The translations under genes and the position numbers were made by a program. From positions 1,049 through 65,048 of the forward strand of contig JACPJE010000068.1 in assembly GCA_016187725.1 (NCBI GenBank): a stretch of 64,000 bases of DNA. Direction: 5' to 3'. A model generated the notes under the pieces. The model was not told the DNA's origin. It searched no databases and worked only from the letters and a program-made list of their open reading frames with translations. Shown in pieces: positions 29,557 to 39,779 of the stretch. This DNA comes from Candidatus Latescibacterota bacterium. GTDB lineage: Bacteria; Latescibacterota; UBA2968; UBA8231. The number at the start of each line of letters is the position of its first letter. Within the stretch, counting starts at the first letter, position 1.

Positions 29557-29582
29557 CAGGGGCGGCCGCAGGGCCGCCCCTG
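29557..29582 (+). terminator. GC-rich hairpin after the small ORF
   Basis: CAGGGGCGGCC-GCAG-GGCCGCCCCTG. Confidence 0.5.
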
Positions 29583-29665
29583 CCCCGGTCGCTACTCCCG
29601 CCTTGTCCCCGCCCTCTCCTGGGGCTATTTTTTTGCCCTACAACCCCTGTGCCAGAGAAGGTGAA

Positions 29666-29862
29666 ATGAAGAGGACGGCCATCGGCCTGATCGAACTGTC
29701 CAGCATCGCCGCCGGCTTTGCCGTGGCCGACGTGTTGCTCAAGGCCGCCATGGTGGAACTGCTGATCAACCGCACCATCTGCTCGGGCAAATACCTGATC
29801 CTCATCGGCGGGGAAGTGGCGGCGGTGGAAGCCAGCCTGGCCGCCGGGGTGGGGGTCGGCGG
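29666..29862 (+). pseudogene. Truncated PduT-like BMC shell gene (most of the first domain only)
   Basis: 'AIGLIELSSIAAGFAVADVLLKAA..V...TICSGKYLILIGGEVAAVEASL'; similarity stops abruptly. Confidence 0.8.
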
Positions 29863-29961
29863 CAGTGCTCCTACTGCACCGAACTGTGCCCCCGCTACCT
29901 GTTGGGCTACCAGGTGGAGCCCCACAAGGTGATGCGCGACCTGGGCTTCACCCTCTCGGGG
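29863..29961 (+). pseudogene. Internal fragment of a PduS/RnfC-like Fe-S protein
   Basis: Reads QCSYCTELCPRYLLGYQVEPHKVMRDLGFTLSG, in frame with the downstream TPR ORF. Confidence 0.7.
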
Positions 29962-31326
29962 CTGGTCGCCAGTTTGCTGAACGCCCTGGTGCTGGCTCAG
30001 GGGTGCACCGGACAGGAACCCGCGCCTGATCCCGCTGCTCTTCCCCCTTCCCCTGCCCTGCAACCGGGTGCCGCCGGCGACTCGCTGCTGGAAGCAGGCC
30101 AGCTCCTGGCTCGCCGCGGCGCGCACCGGGCGGCCGAGGACCTCTTCAGGCAGGCCCTCCAGCGCGATCCCCAGCGCATTCCGGCCTATGCGGGTCTCGC
30201 CTACACCCTGCTCAAAACCGCCCAATTCCACCAGGCGGCGCAGGTGTGCACCACTGGCCTGGCCCAGGATTCCACTGCCGTCTCCCTCTACAACATCCTC
30301 TCCGCCGCCTACGCCGGCGAAGGCCGCTATGCCCTGGCCATGCAGGCGCTCGAAAAGGCCCTCGCCCACCAGCCGGACTTCGCCCTGGGCTGGCTCAACC
30401 TGGGGGGCATCCACACCAGGCTGGGCGAGTACGAAGAGGCGACCCTCCTGCTGGCCCGGGCCTTGGCGTTGGCACCCGGGGACCCGGTGGTGCGCCGGCG
30501 CCGGGGAGAGCTTTTCTTACAGACGGACCAGCCCGATTCGGCCATCGCCGAATTCGCCGCGGCCCTGCAGGCCGACCCGGACAGCGAGACGCTGTATTAT
30601 CTCCATGGAAAGGCGCTGGAGGCCAGCGGCCAGCTCCCCCAGGCCCTGGAGGCCTATACCCAGGCCCGCCGCCGCGATCCGGGTTTTTCCGAAGCCCATT
30701 ACCGCGCGGCCGTGCTGGCGCGCCGGCAGCAGCGCCCGGCGCTGGCCGATTCGGCCATGAGGGATTACGACCATCTGCAGGCACTCGGCCGCCAGGACCT
30801 GACCCTGCTGCAGAAATATACCCTCCTGCGCGCCTCCCTCCTCGATTCTCCCGAAGATCCCCTGCACCACTTTCAGCTGGCTCTCTTCTTCTCGCAGCAG
30901 GGGTACGACCGCGAAGCGCTCAACCGCTTCGCCCGGGTGCTGCAGCTTTGCCCCGAAGACTATCACGCCCTCAACCACCTGGGCAGCATTCTGCTGCGCA
31001 ACAGGAACCCGGGGGAAGCCCTGGGTTTCTTCGACCAGGCCCTGCGGCTGGCCCCTGACTTTGCTCCTGCCCTGGTCAATGCCGGCAATGCCAGCATGCT
31101 GCTGCGCCGTCCCCAGGCCGCCGCGCGTTACTACCGCCGGGCCGTGGAGTTGGCCCCCGGAGCAGCGATGGCCTGGCACCAACTCGCCCGCGCCTATCTG
31201 GCCCTCGATCAGCCCCAGGAGGCGGAAAGGGCCCTGAGGAGCGGGCTGGCGGCGAAGGGGGCCGACCCCGGGGTGGTGCAGGCCATGGAGGAGTTGTTGC
31301 GGCAACTCGGGAAGACTCACCAGTAG
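29902..31326 (+). CDS. Tetratricopeptide repeat protein (true start uncertain or lost)
   Basis: Multiple TPR units such as 'ALEKALAHQPDFALGWLNLG' and 'ALRLAPDFAPALVNAG'. Confidence 0.8.
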   Translation: MGYQVEPHKVMRDLGFTLSGLVASLLNALVLAQGCTGQEPAPDPAALPPSPALQPGAAGDSLLEAGQLLARRGAHRAAEDLFRQALQRDPQRIPAYAGLAYTLLKTAQFHQAAQVCTTGLAQDSTAVSLYNILSAAYAGEGRYALAMQALEKALAHQPDFALGWLNLGGIHTRLGEYEEATLLLARALALAPGDPVVRRRRGELFLQTDQPDSAIAEFAAALQADPDSETLYYLHGKALEASGQLPQALEAYTQARRRDPGFSEAHYRAAVLARRQQRPALADSAMRDYDHLQALGRQDLTLLQKYTLLRASLLDSPEDPLHHFQLALFFSQQGYDREALNRFARVLQLCPEDYHALNHLGSILLRNRNPGEALGFFDQALRLAPDFAPALVNAGNASMLLRRPQAAARYYRRAVELAPGAAMAWHQLARAYLALDQPQEAERALRSGLAAKGADPGVVQAMEELLRQLGKTHQ

Positions 31327-33269
31327 AACAGGTAGTTGGCCGTCTTGCCGGTGAAGCCGTCGATGAGGATCCACAGGCCCCCCGCCACGTAGTGGCCCAG
31401 GATCAGGCCCAGGAAGAAGGGCCGGGTCCGCTGGTACCAGGTGATCCCGCCGTAGCGCAGCACCACGGTTTTGACCAACCAGGCCAGGAAGATCGAGGGC
31501 ATCAGGTGGTGGGTGGTCCAGGTCGCGCTCACCGGAAAGGCGATGGGGTGGATGGGCCACCAGAGGAAACGCTGGTAGGCCAGGGTGAGCAGCACCTGCA
31601 CCAGGGCCCCCAGCCCGGCCACCTGCCAGAAGGCCGCGGTAGCCCCCTGCGGGTTGCCGAGGTGGTAGGCGGCAAAGGTATAGGGCTCGGTGGCGGCCTC
31701 GTACCCGAAAAACCAGAAGCTCAGGTTCAGGGCGCCGTGCTGGTACCCGATGCGCAGCACGTTCCAGCTGGCCGCCGTGGTGGCGACCACTGCCGCCAGC
31801 AGCACCGCCCACAGGAGCCACCGGCGGTTGGCGATGGCGTAGTTCTCGGCCAGCCTAAATCCATGAATTACCGCCGCCATCAGGGTGGTGCGCATCCCCC
31901 CGCCCCAGGGCTGGATCAGGCCCAGGGCCCCGGTGTTCTGCGGGCCCAGGAAAGCGCTGCCAAAGGCGTGGATGAGCGCGTCGTTGGGCATGATCGGCGG
32001 TCGGGTCACGGCCAGGCCGCCCTCGGCGACGATGCGGGTGATGCTGTACATCAGCGCCAGGACCACCAGCAAGGTCACCGGCGCCACCCACCAATTCATG
32101 CCCGAAAGGTGCAGCCAGACCACCATCACCCCCATGGAGCCGGCCAAAAGCAGCACCGCCTGCCTGCAGCTGAGCAGATCGCCGGCCTCGGCCGCCGCTT
32201 CTCCCCGCCACGCCCGGCCGGCGATCTCCCTCAGGTGCCCCCGCGCCACCCACAGCGACCCCAGGCACAGCGCCACCATCGCCCCGAAACCCTGGAAGAC
32301 CAGATTCGAGGAGCCCAGGGCATTGCCCGCCGCCCGGTGGGTGCCGGGAACGCCGAAGTGGAGCATCAGGGCGTGCTCCAGCGAGGTGAGCAGCCCCAGG
32401 AACCAGATGCTGAAACCCAGCTTGGTGCTCAGCAGGTAGCCGAAGCCGACCACCGCGTAACTGAGCGACAGGCGCAGGCGGAATTTGTCGTCCCAGAAGA
32501 AAAAGTACTGGGCGATGGGCATGGAGTCGGGAATGAAGAGGAAATAGTTGTGCAGGGCCCGCTGGCTGTAGAGCACCAGCGGCAGCGCCATGCCGATCCA
32601 CGCCGCCGGGGTGCGGAAGAACTCGGCGAAGAGGCCGCGCTGGGGTTTTCCCTCCTCGCCGATCATGGCCAGGGGCACCTGCACCAGGGGAAAGGCCAGC
32701 CGCTCACTGGCGATCCACTGCCGGCGGACCAGCACCATGAGCGCGGTGGAGGTGCCGAAGAAGGCCAGGAGCATGGGGGCCCAGGCCGCCAGGGGCGCCA
32801 GCCACGCCTTCCAGGGCAGGGCCTCGCCGGCGGGCAGCCCTTCGTAGAACCACTTGATCGCCTGCTCATCCTGCACCCGGAGCCAGCCCTGCACGTGGGG
32901 GAGGACGCGCCCGCTCCAGTCGTTCTCCGGGGTGGCGTAGTAGGTGCCTGCCGAGATATGGGGTAAGAGCACACAGACCAAGCCGTTGGTCGGCAGGGTG
33001 CAGGCCACCGCCCCCATCAGGTACACGGTGACCAGTTCGGCCTGGGAGAAGCGCCAGCGGCGGCCCAAGAGCGCCAGTAGCGGATTGACCAGCAGGATGA
33101 AGAGAAAGAAGAGGAAGACCGCCGCCGGCGTGCTGTAATCCAGGTGGAGGGGCGAGCCGGAGATGATCAGGTTTTCGTAGGTGGCGCCGACGCCGAGCAG
33201 GAGGGCCAGCAGCGCCCCGGCCAGCAGCGCGCGAAAGGTGATCTGGGAGGGGGCGCTTTCGTCTGCCAA
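31317..33269 (-). CDS. Polytopic membrane protein, DUF6785/DUF6784-like putative transporter
   Basis: Many hydrophobic segments; 'RRQWIASERLAFPLVQVP', 'WWPIHPIAF', 'WLVKTVVLRYGG...RPFFLGLILG'. Confidence 0.75.
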   Translation of the reverse strand: MADESAPSQITFRALLAGALLALLLGVGATYENLIISGSPLHLDYSTPAAVFLFFLFILLVNPLLALLGRRWRFSQAELVTVYLMGAVACTLPTNGLVCVLLPHISAGTYYATPENDWSGRVLPHVQGWLRVQDEQAIKWFYEGLPAGEALPWKAWLAPLAAWAPMLLAFFGTSTALMVLVRRQWIASERLAFPLVQVPLAMIGEEGKPQRGLFAEFFRTPAAWIGMALPLVLYSQRALHNYFLFIPDSMPIAQYFFFWDDKFRLRLSLSYAVVGFGYLLSTKLGFSIWFLGLLTSLEHALMLHFGVPGTHRAAGNALGSSNLVFQGFGAMVALCLGSLWVARGHLREIAGRAWRGEAAAEAGDLLSCRQAVLLLAGSMGVMVVWLHLSGMNWWVAPVTLLVVLALMYSITRIVAEGGLAVTRPPIMPNDALIHAFGSAFLGPQNTGALGLIQPWGGGMRTTLMAAVIHGFRLAENYAIANRRWLLWAVLLAAVVATTAASWNVLRIGYQHGALNLSFWFFGYEAATEPYTFAAYHLGNPQGATAAFWQVAGLGALVQVLLTLAYQRFLWWPIHPIAFPVSATWTTHHLMPSIFLAWLVKTVVLRYGGITWYQRTRPFFLGLILGHYVAGGLWILIDGFTGKTANYLFYW

Positions 33270-33274
33270 TGGCC

Positions 33275-34618
33275 TTATTTCACCTTGGCCATCAGCTGCT
33301 GGGTCAGCCCGCCCTCCTGAGTGAGCGCAAAGACGACGGTGTTGATGGTGAATTGCAGGTGGCGCCGGCCGTCGACGGCGACCTGGAAATTGGCCGTCCC
33401 TACCTTGGCGGACTCGGTGACGACCTCCCGCGCCCCGGTGATGAACACGGCCAGGCGCTCGCCGATCACCAGGCCCATGTCCCCCACGTGCGCGGCGATC
33501 TTCTGGTTGTCCCGCACGGCCATGTCGAAATCGAAAAAGGCGTGGTACAGCGGATGGTCGGGGTTGAGGTACACGAAGCGCCAGTCCGCCCCTTCGTTCA
33601 GGCCCTGGGATTTCAGGGCCTGCCTGAACTTGTCGAAGAGCACGCCGTTCATCTTTTCGTTGGGTCCCGAGCTGACGATGGCAAATCCCCCTTCGGCCAG
33701 ATAGCGCCCCAGGCTTTTGATCTCGCCTTCGTTTGAAGAATGCGGTTCCCTGAACCAGTTGGGCAAAAGCAGCCAGGGCACCTGCTGGAGACGAGGGTCA
33801 TCGAGGGGAATAGGCCCCATGTAGCTGGCTTCGATGCCGGTGTATTCGTCGAGGGCCTTGATCAGGAAGTCCAGGCTCTGGTATTCGGTCAACTGCGAGG
33901 TCAGGGTCACGGCGCTGCCCGATTCGTGGGCTTCGACCTGGGGCAGGGCCCGGCTGCGGGTAAAAGCCTGGGCCAGGTAGATGTAGCCGCTGATCTTGCG
34001 GCGGTCATCGGGGTCCTGGACTACCATGGCCTGATATTGGCCGGTGTCCATGTCCCTGATGCTGAGCATGTCGAGGGTCATGTTGACCTGCCCACTGGTC
34101 TCCTTGACCCCCCTGACCTCCACCTTGCTCAGCTCGGGCAGGGGCAGCGCAGCGCCCCCCCCGGTTTGGCCCGCCAGTTCGGCGCCCACGCCGAGGCGCG
34201 CCTGGCTGCGCAGCAAAGAGGGCGCGATCTTGGCGGCATCCAGCTTGCTCAACAGCGCTCCGGTGCGCATGGCCGCCAGCTTCTGGATCTCCTGGGCCCG
34301 GGGTTTGGCCACCTTGGTCTTCTGGTCGCGGTACGCGTCCCTGGGCACCGGGCGCTTGCGGAATTCCAGCGTCCGGTTGGAGGCGCGCGGCACCTTGAAA
34401 AACACACTGGGCAGCGGCGGCGACCTGAAGGTGATGCGCTGCACCACCTCGCTCACCTGTTCCCCCAGCGCCAGGTACCCGGCCAGCGTCAGCAAGTGCA
34501 GCGCCGCCGACAGCGCCAGGCACCACCAGGCCGTGCGCTTCGAGATGCGAAAGGAGAACTCCTTGGCTGGGGAGGCTCCAAGAGCCCCCCCAGCCGCAGA
34601 GCCGTCAATGGATCTCAC
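33275..34618 (-). CDS. DUF4159-like protein with N-terminal membrane anchor
   Basis: 'LSAALHLL' TM segment, 'LGRYLAEGGF', 'DHPLYHAFFDF', 'INTVVFALTQEG'; the GTG start overlaps the upstream TGA. Confidence 0.7.
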   Translation of the reverse strand: MRSIDGSAAGGALGASPAKEFSFRISKRTAWWCLALSAALHLLTLAGYLALGEQVSEVVQRITFRSPPLPSVFFKVPRASNRTLEFRKRPVPRDAYRDQKTKVAKPRAQEIQKLAAMRTGALLSKLDAAKIAPSLLRSQARLGVGAELAGQTGGGAALPLPELSKVEVRGVKETSGQVNMTLDMLSIRDMDTGQYQAMVVQDPDDRRKISGYIYLAQAFTRSRALPQVEAHESGSAVTLTSQLTEYQSLDFLIKALDEYTGIEASYMGPIPLDDPRLQQVPWLLLPNWFREPHSSNEGEIKSLGRYLAEGGFAIVSSGPNEKMNGVLFDKFRQALKSQGLNEGADWRFVYLNPDHPLYHAFFDFDMAVRDNQKIAAHVGDMGLVIGERLAVFITGAREVVTESAKVGTANFQVAVDGRRHLQFTINTVVFALTQEGGLTQQLMAKVK

Positions 34619-35571
34619 TGGGACAGTTTCTTGACGGTGCCCCAGGTGCTCTCTTCGACTGCAGTGGGTACCGACAGATCTTCCTGCAGGATGAAACGCG
34701 GCCACTTATTGTTGGTGCCTATGGTGGTCTGGTCACCGCCGAAGTAAGTTTGGCCGTAGAGATTGTCGCCATCGGGATCGGGGATGATGAAGCGGCCCCT
34801 GAAAGCGAACCCGGAACCGACCCTGTTGCGGTTGTCTGGATCAAAGAGGAAGATCAGATCCCACGGGACACTGGATTCGAGGTAGTACCCCGTTGAATTG
34901 GGCCCGCCAAAGAGCTGGGCGCCCAGGAAGTAGTCGGGATCATCTCCGTAGTTGATCTGGGTGCCCGTGCCGTCCTGGAAGTGCTGGATCTGCATGGAGA
35001 ACGCCGCGTCGTTGGCGTTTACCGGCGCGGCGCGGAAATCGACGATATTGTTGGTGTTGTTGGCGCCGGTGCCATCGCTCAGGTCAAAGGTGATCCAGAA
35101 GGTGTCGCGCTGCCAGAAGGCATTGTCGTTGGCGCCGTTGGTCCGGTCCTCGACCACGTCGTAGTGGTTGTCGATGTTGTTGGCGGCGACGTAGAAGTTG
35201 TTCTCATCCCAGGAGAAATAATAATTGGTGGTGAGATCCACGTCGGTCCCGTTCTCCGCCGGATCTTCGCCATCAGCCAGGTAGAGGTTGTTGTCCACGT
35301 CGATGGCGTACACGCGGATGCGGCGCGAGATGAGATCCGAATCCTGCGTATAGCCGTACTTGTCGCCCCAGGCCCAGATATCCGAGGGCTTCCAGGACAG
35401 GTGGTACCCACCCGCCTCCAGGTCGCTGACGTTGCCGTCGACCTTCGGGGTGTATTTGGGAATGCCGCCGTCGCCGGAATGCCAGTACACGCCGTTGCCC
35501 ATCAACTGGGCGCTGGCCGCAGTGGCCAGCGCCGTGAGCCCGACCAGCGCCAGATAAGGGACTCGTTTCAT
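34615..35571 (-). CDS. Secreted CBM9/DOMON-like protein with C-terminal TWGTVK tail
   Basis: Signal peptide, 'PKVDGNVSD', 'YFSWDENNFYVA...D', 'GYYLESSVPW', ends PTAVEESTWGTVKKLSQ; GAGGAGG RBS. Confidence 0.7.
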   Translation of the reverse strand: MKRVPYLALVGLTALATAASAQLMGNGVYWHSGDGGIPKYTPKVDGNVSDLEAGGYHLSWKPSDIWAWGDKYGYTQDSDLISRRIRVYAIDVDNNLYLADGEDPAENGTDVDLTTNYYFSWDENNFYVAANNIDNHYDVVEDRTNGANDNAFWQRDTFWITFDLSDGTGANNTNNIVDFRAAPVNANDAAFSMQIQHFQDGTGTQINYGDDPDYFLGAQLFGGPNSTGYYLESSVPWDLIFLFDPDNRNRVGSGFAFRGRFIIPDPDGDNLYGQTYFGGDQTTIGTNNKWPRFILQEDLSVPTAVEESTWGTVKKLSQ

Positions 35572-35634
35572 CTGTATCCTCCTCTTGTGGGTTAGGTTCA
35601 CAAAATGGCACAGGGACCGCTCCTCAGTCTGTCC

Positions 35635-36441
35635 TCACCTCCTTTCCAATGCGAGTTTCGCGCGCGCCCCGCTCTCATTCAGCCCGGTAGCCGACTTCAG
35701 CGCCCCGGGTTCGGCGATCTCGCTGCGAACGGCAAAAGCGAATTCCAGATCGATCTGCTGCTGGGGGATGTTGTAGATGCCGAATTCCAGGACGAACCCT
35801 TCAAAGCGCAAGGCCACCCTTTCCGTGTTCTGCGGCAGCGGATCGAAGACCAGTTTGCCGGTGTAGGAATTGCCCTTGAACACGAAGGAATCGCGGTGGT
35901 AGACCGCACCGCGCAGCACCCCCATGCGCTCCAGGTAGAGCTTTTGGATGTTGCCGCTCTGCACCCCGCGGGAAAGCCAGTAGGTCTCGAAGTTCCGGGG
36001 GTCCCCGTGCGCCCCGGCCCGGGTCAGCTGATAGGGATGCATGATCATGCCCCGGTCCGTTTTCAGCGCGGCCCTCTCGGGCTGCAAGAGCACCTTGTCG
36101 AAGGTGGGGTTGTTCAGCGTGACCTGGAAAACGGTAAAGCGCGGCGGCACGTAGCCCAGTTGCGGGTCCACCTGGCCGCGGTAGGTGAAGGGATTGCTGG
36201 TCTCCGGGTACTGGGAGTCCAGGTCCGCGTCGCTCAGGTGGCGCACCTTGAGCCGCAGCCCCTCCTTGGCGAAGACCGCGGCCTGGTCCACTGGATCCAC
36301 CTGATACCCGCCGGCTCCCTGCACGGGGGTCAGTTCGGACCGGTAAGCCGCCCGTATGGGGGTGAGCGAGAGGCAGGCACTCAGCCCCACCAGCAGCGCC
36401 GCGGCCAGGGCGAACTCCCATCTGGGTGGTGAGATCTTCAT
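35635..36441 (-). CDS. Putative lipoprotein of unknown function
   Basis: Lipobox LSAC after a hydrophobic stretch. Confidence 0.7.
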   Translation of the reverse strand: MKISPPRWEFALAAALLVGLSACLSLTPIRAAYRSELTPVQGAGGYQVDPVDQAAVFAKEGLRLKVRHLSDADLDSQYPETSNPFTYRGQVDPQLGYVPPRFTVFQVTLNNPTFDKVLLQPERAALKTDRGMIMHPYQLTRAGAHGDPRNFETYWLSRGVQSGNIQKLYLERMGVLRGAVYHRDSFVFKGNSYTGKLVFDPLPQNTERVALRFEGFVLEFGIYNIPQQQIDLEFAFAVRSEIAEPGALKSATGLNESGARAKLALERR

Positions 36442-36461
36442 AATCGCTCTCAGAATTGGGC

Positions 36462-39400
36462 TCAGAAGCTCTTCAGCCGCAGTTTGACGAACTCGACGAT
36501 GTCCACGCCCGTGCCCTCGGGAATACCCGTGGCGACTTCCAGCACCTTTTCATAAGTCCCCCGGGCTTCGCTTCGGTTGCCCAGATGTTCCAGGGCCACG
36601 CCCTTGTTGGCCAGCGCGGCCAGCGCCGAGTAGCTCCTGGGGTACTGCTCGTAGACTCGCTCAAAGCCGCGCGCCGCCCCCTCGTAGTTGCCGCGGTCGA
36701 ACTCGGCGAGGACCTCGTCGTAGGCCTTGCTGGCCAGATCCTCCTCCAGATCGGCGAGCAGGCCCTCGGCCTTCTGCGCCTCCGGCGTGCCCGGATACCG
36801 GTCGACGACCTGGCGGTAGGCGCGCTGGGCGCGCTCGAACTCCTGGCGGCTGTAGTAGTAATCGCCGATGGAGAACTGGGCATAGCGGCTGTAATCGCCG
36901 CCGGGGTAGGCCGCCACCAGGCGCTCCATGGTGGCGATGCTCTCCTGCTCCTGGTTCAGGTCCATGTAAGCCCAGCTCGCCGAATAGAGGGCCTTTTCGG
37001 CAAAGGGAGACTGCGGGTACTTGTCGCTCACCCGCCGGTAGGCTTCCTGGGCTTCCTGAAATCTAGTGGCGTTGTACAGATTCTCGCCGCAGCGATAGAG
37101 GGCATCGGGCGCCAAGGGGTCCTCGGGGTAGCGGGTCGCCAGGGCGCCGAAGGCCTCGGCAGCCTGCTCGTACTGGCCGAGAATTTCGCGGCAATAGCCC
37201 AGCTGATAATAGGCCGAGGGCGCCGCGGCGTGCTCGGGGTACGCCCCGATGAAGCGCTCGAAGGCCTCGATCGCCTCCTCGTAGCGCTCCAGGGAGAACA
37301 GGCTTCTGGCGCTCACCGACATCAGGCTGGGGCGATCTGCACTTTGCGGAAAACGCTCCAGGGCCTGGTGCGCGACCTCGATGACCTCGCCGTAGCGTTC
37401 CTGTTCGAACAGGAGGGAAGTGAGGACGACGTAGGCCCGTTCCACCGTGGTCCGGCGCGCCGTGTCGGCGGCGGCGAAGCGGGCGGCGATGAGTCCCCTG
37501 GCCGCCTTTTCGGTCTGGTCGAGTTGGCTCTGGTCGTAATAGAGTTCCATCAGCATCAACTCGAACTCGGAGCGCTCCTCCGGCGCGGCAGCGGCCTCGA
37601 TGAGCAGTTCGTAGGTATGCACGGCCTCGTCGGAACGGCCCAGCCGGGTCAGGGCCACCCCGCGGGTGCGGTAGGCCACTGCTCTCAGCCCCGGGGCCGG
37701 CTCGGCCGCCAGCAAATTCTCCAGATCCGCCACCGAAGCCTGGAGATAAGCGCCGGCGCCAAGCGAATCGCCGGTGGCATCGGCGGCGGTGCCCAGGTGG
37801 TACTGGGCCAGCCCGCGGAAGAAGAAGGCAAAGGCGCGCAACTGCCCGTTGCGGCTGTGCCCCAGCGCCCGGGTCAGGTGATCGACCTCAGCCCGGTAGT
37901 CGCCGCGCGCCTGGGCCATCCGCCCTTTTATGTAGTACAGCTCGGCCAGCGTTTCGAAATCGCCCTGGACAGCGGCGGTGTCGATGGCGCCGGCCACGTC
38001 AAAGCGCGAGTCGATCTCCTCCAGACGGCCGGCCGCCAGCAACAGGTCACCCGCCTCGGCCTGGACCTTGCTCCAGGAGGCCGCCTCCCTATGCACCCGG
38101 CTGAAGGCGTCGATGGCCTGGGCGGGCTGCCCCAGATCCTTGTAGACCAGCCCCTGGTCCTTCCACGCCTGGTCGGTGAGGGGCGATTCGGGATAGTCGT
38201 CGATCAGCCGCTGGTACAGGGCCACCGCTTCCTGGCGGGTTCCCATGGCAAAGACCGCCCGCGCCTGCCAGTTGAGCGCATGAGGCGCCAGCGGCGCCCG
38301 GGGGTACTGAGCCACGATGAGGGCGAAGGCCTGCGCTGCCTCGGCGAATTCCCCCAGGCCGAAGTGGGTCTGTCCCAACCCGTAATAGGCATCCTGGACC
38401 AGGGCGCTTCCGGGGTGGTGGCCCAGGACCTTCTGGTAGTACTCCCGCGCGCTGCGGAAATTCCGCTCGGCCTCCTGCTGGCCGGCCAGTTCTCGATAGG
38501 CTTCGGCGATGAGAAAATCGACCTGGTCGAGGGTCACCCCGATGGCCGCGGCCAGGTCGCCGTAGGCCTTCTGGTACACGGTGTACTCGTCGATGGCCCC
38601 GCGGTAATCGCCCTCGGCGTAGAGGGTCTTGGCGATCTTCAGCTGGACGCGGCCGCGGAAGTAGGGGTCCGCCACCTGTTCGATGGCCCGGCGCAGGACC
38701 GCGATGCCGGCCGCCACGCCCTGCTGCTCCAGGACCATGGTCGCCATGTTGTCGAAGGATTTCTGCACCAGCAGCTCTTCCTGGGGATAGCGCCGGGGCA
38801 CCAGCGAATAGGAGGCGATGGCCTCGGCGATGCGCTTTTCGGCCGCAAAAGCGTCCCCGATGCGGATCTGGGCTTTGGCTACCAGCTCGCGGGTGGTCTC
38901 CTGGACCAGGCCGCGGAGGCGCTGCGCCTTCATCTCCTGGAGTTCTTTGTCGCTCAGGGCGGAAAAATCGTATTTGCCCACGAGTTTTCCGTAATCGGAG
39001 CGCGCCTGCCCGTACTGCCCTAGGGCGAAATGGCTCTCTCCGGTCTGGAACAGCGCCCGGTCGGTCTTCAGGGCGTCTTTGGAAATGGCCAGCAGCCGGC
39101 CAAAGGAGGCGATCGCCTCCTGGTATTCGCCCATATAATAGTGGGCCCAGCCAGCGTCGTAGAGGGCTTCTTCTCCGTACTCGCCGCCGGGAAAGCGCCT
39201 CAGCATTTCCCCGGTTTCCCGCACCACCGCGGCATAGTCTCCCATCTGGTAGCTGGCGCGCGCGATCTGATAGAGGGCCATCACCCGCATGTTCTCGGGG
39301 GCGCGCTCCTGGCCCTCGGCCAGCCGGCGGTAGAAATCCTTGCCCGCGTTGAAGGAAGAGCGCGCCTCGGCGAGCCGTTGGGCAGCGACCAGACTGTCCC

Positions 39401-39722
39401 CCTCCTCAGCCGCGTTCCTGGAGCGCTCCAGCAGGGCGCGGCCCACGTTGCGGTAGCTGTTGCCCAGCTGATAGGTGGCCGCCGCGCGGATGGGCAGCGT
39501 CAGTTCCCCGATCATCACCACGATGGAGTCCACATTGAGCAGGGCGAAGTTGGGTGTTTTCTCGATCTGGGTGAACACCTGGACCGCATTTTCGTGGTCA
39601 TTGGCGGCGTAGTATTTCTGACCCAGCGCAAACCGGTCCTGCAACATTTCTTCCGTCGGGAAGAAATGCGCCCCCATGGCGCCGAAACCGATGGCGCTCG
39701 CGATTAGCAGAAGATAGGACAT
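36462..39722 (-). CDS. Giant TPR protein (CpoB/BamD-like repeats), 1086 aa
   Basis: Many 'A...(F/Y)......YP....A..A.(Y/F)..G' repeats; hydrophobic N-terminus. Confidence 0.85.
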   Translation of the reverse strand: MSYLLLIASAIGFGAMGAHFFPTEEMLQDRFALGQKYYAANDHENAVQVFTQIEKTPNFALLNVDSIVVMIGELTLPIRAAATYQLGNSYRNVGRALLERSRNAAEEGDSLVAAQRLAEARSSFNAGKDFYRRLAEGQERAPENMRVMALYQIARASYQMGDYAAVVRETGEMLRRFPGGEYGEEALYDAGWAHYYMGEYQEAIASFGRLLAISKDALKTDRALFQTGESHFALGQYGQARSDYGKLVGKYDFSALSDKELQEMKAQRLRGLVQETTRELVAKAQIRIGDAFAAEKRIAEAIASYSLVPRRYPQEELLVQKSFDNMATMVLEQQGVAAGIAVLRRAIEQVADPYFRGRVQLKIAKTLYAEGDYRGAIDEYTVYQKAYGDLAAAIGVTLDQVDFLIAEAYRELAGQQEAERNFRSAREYYQKVLGHHPGSALVQDAYYGLGQTHFGLGEFAEAAQAFALIVAQYPRAPLAPHALNWQARAVFAMGTRQEAVALYQRLIDDYPESPLTDQAWKDQGLVYKDLGQPAQAIDAFSRVHREAASWSKVQAEAGDLLLAAGRLEEIDSRFDVAGAIDTAAVQGDFETLAELYYIKGRMAQARGDYRAEVDHLTRALGHSRNGQLRAFAFFFRGLAQYHLGTAADATGDSLGAGAYLQASVADLENLLAAEPAPGLRAVAYRTRGVALTRLGRSDEAVHTYELLIEAAAAPEERSEFELMLMELYYDQSQLDQTEKAARGLIAARFAAADTARRTTVERAYVVLTSLLFEQERYGEVIEVAHQALERFPQSADRPSLMSVSARSLFSLERYEEAIEAFERFIGAYPEHAAAPSAYYQLGYCREILGQYEQAAEAFGALATRYPEDPLAPDALYRCGENLYNATRFQEAQEAYRRVSDKYPQSPFAEKALYSASWAYMDLNQEQESIATMERLVAAYPGGDYSRYAQFSIGDYYYSRQEFERAQRAYRQVVDRYPGTPEAQKAEGLLADLEEDLASKAYDEVLAEFDRGNYEGAARGFERVYEQYPRSYSALAALANKGVALEHLGNRSEARGTYEKVLEVATGIPEGTGVDIVEFVKLRLKSF

Positions 39723-39779
39723 TTCAATATGTAATATAAAGATACCAATCGCTGATACAACCTTTACAACCTCCCCCGT

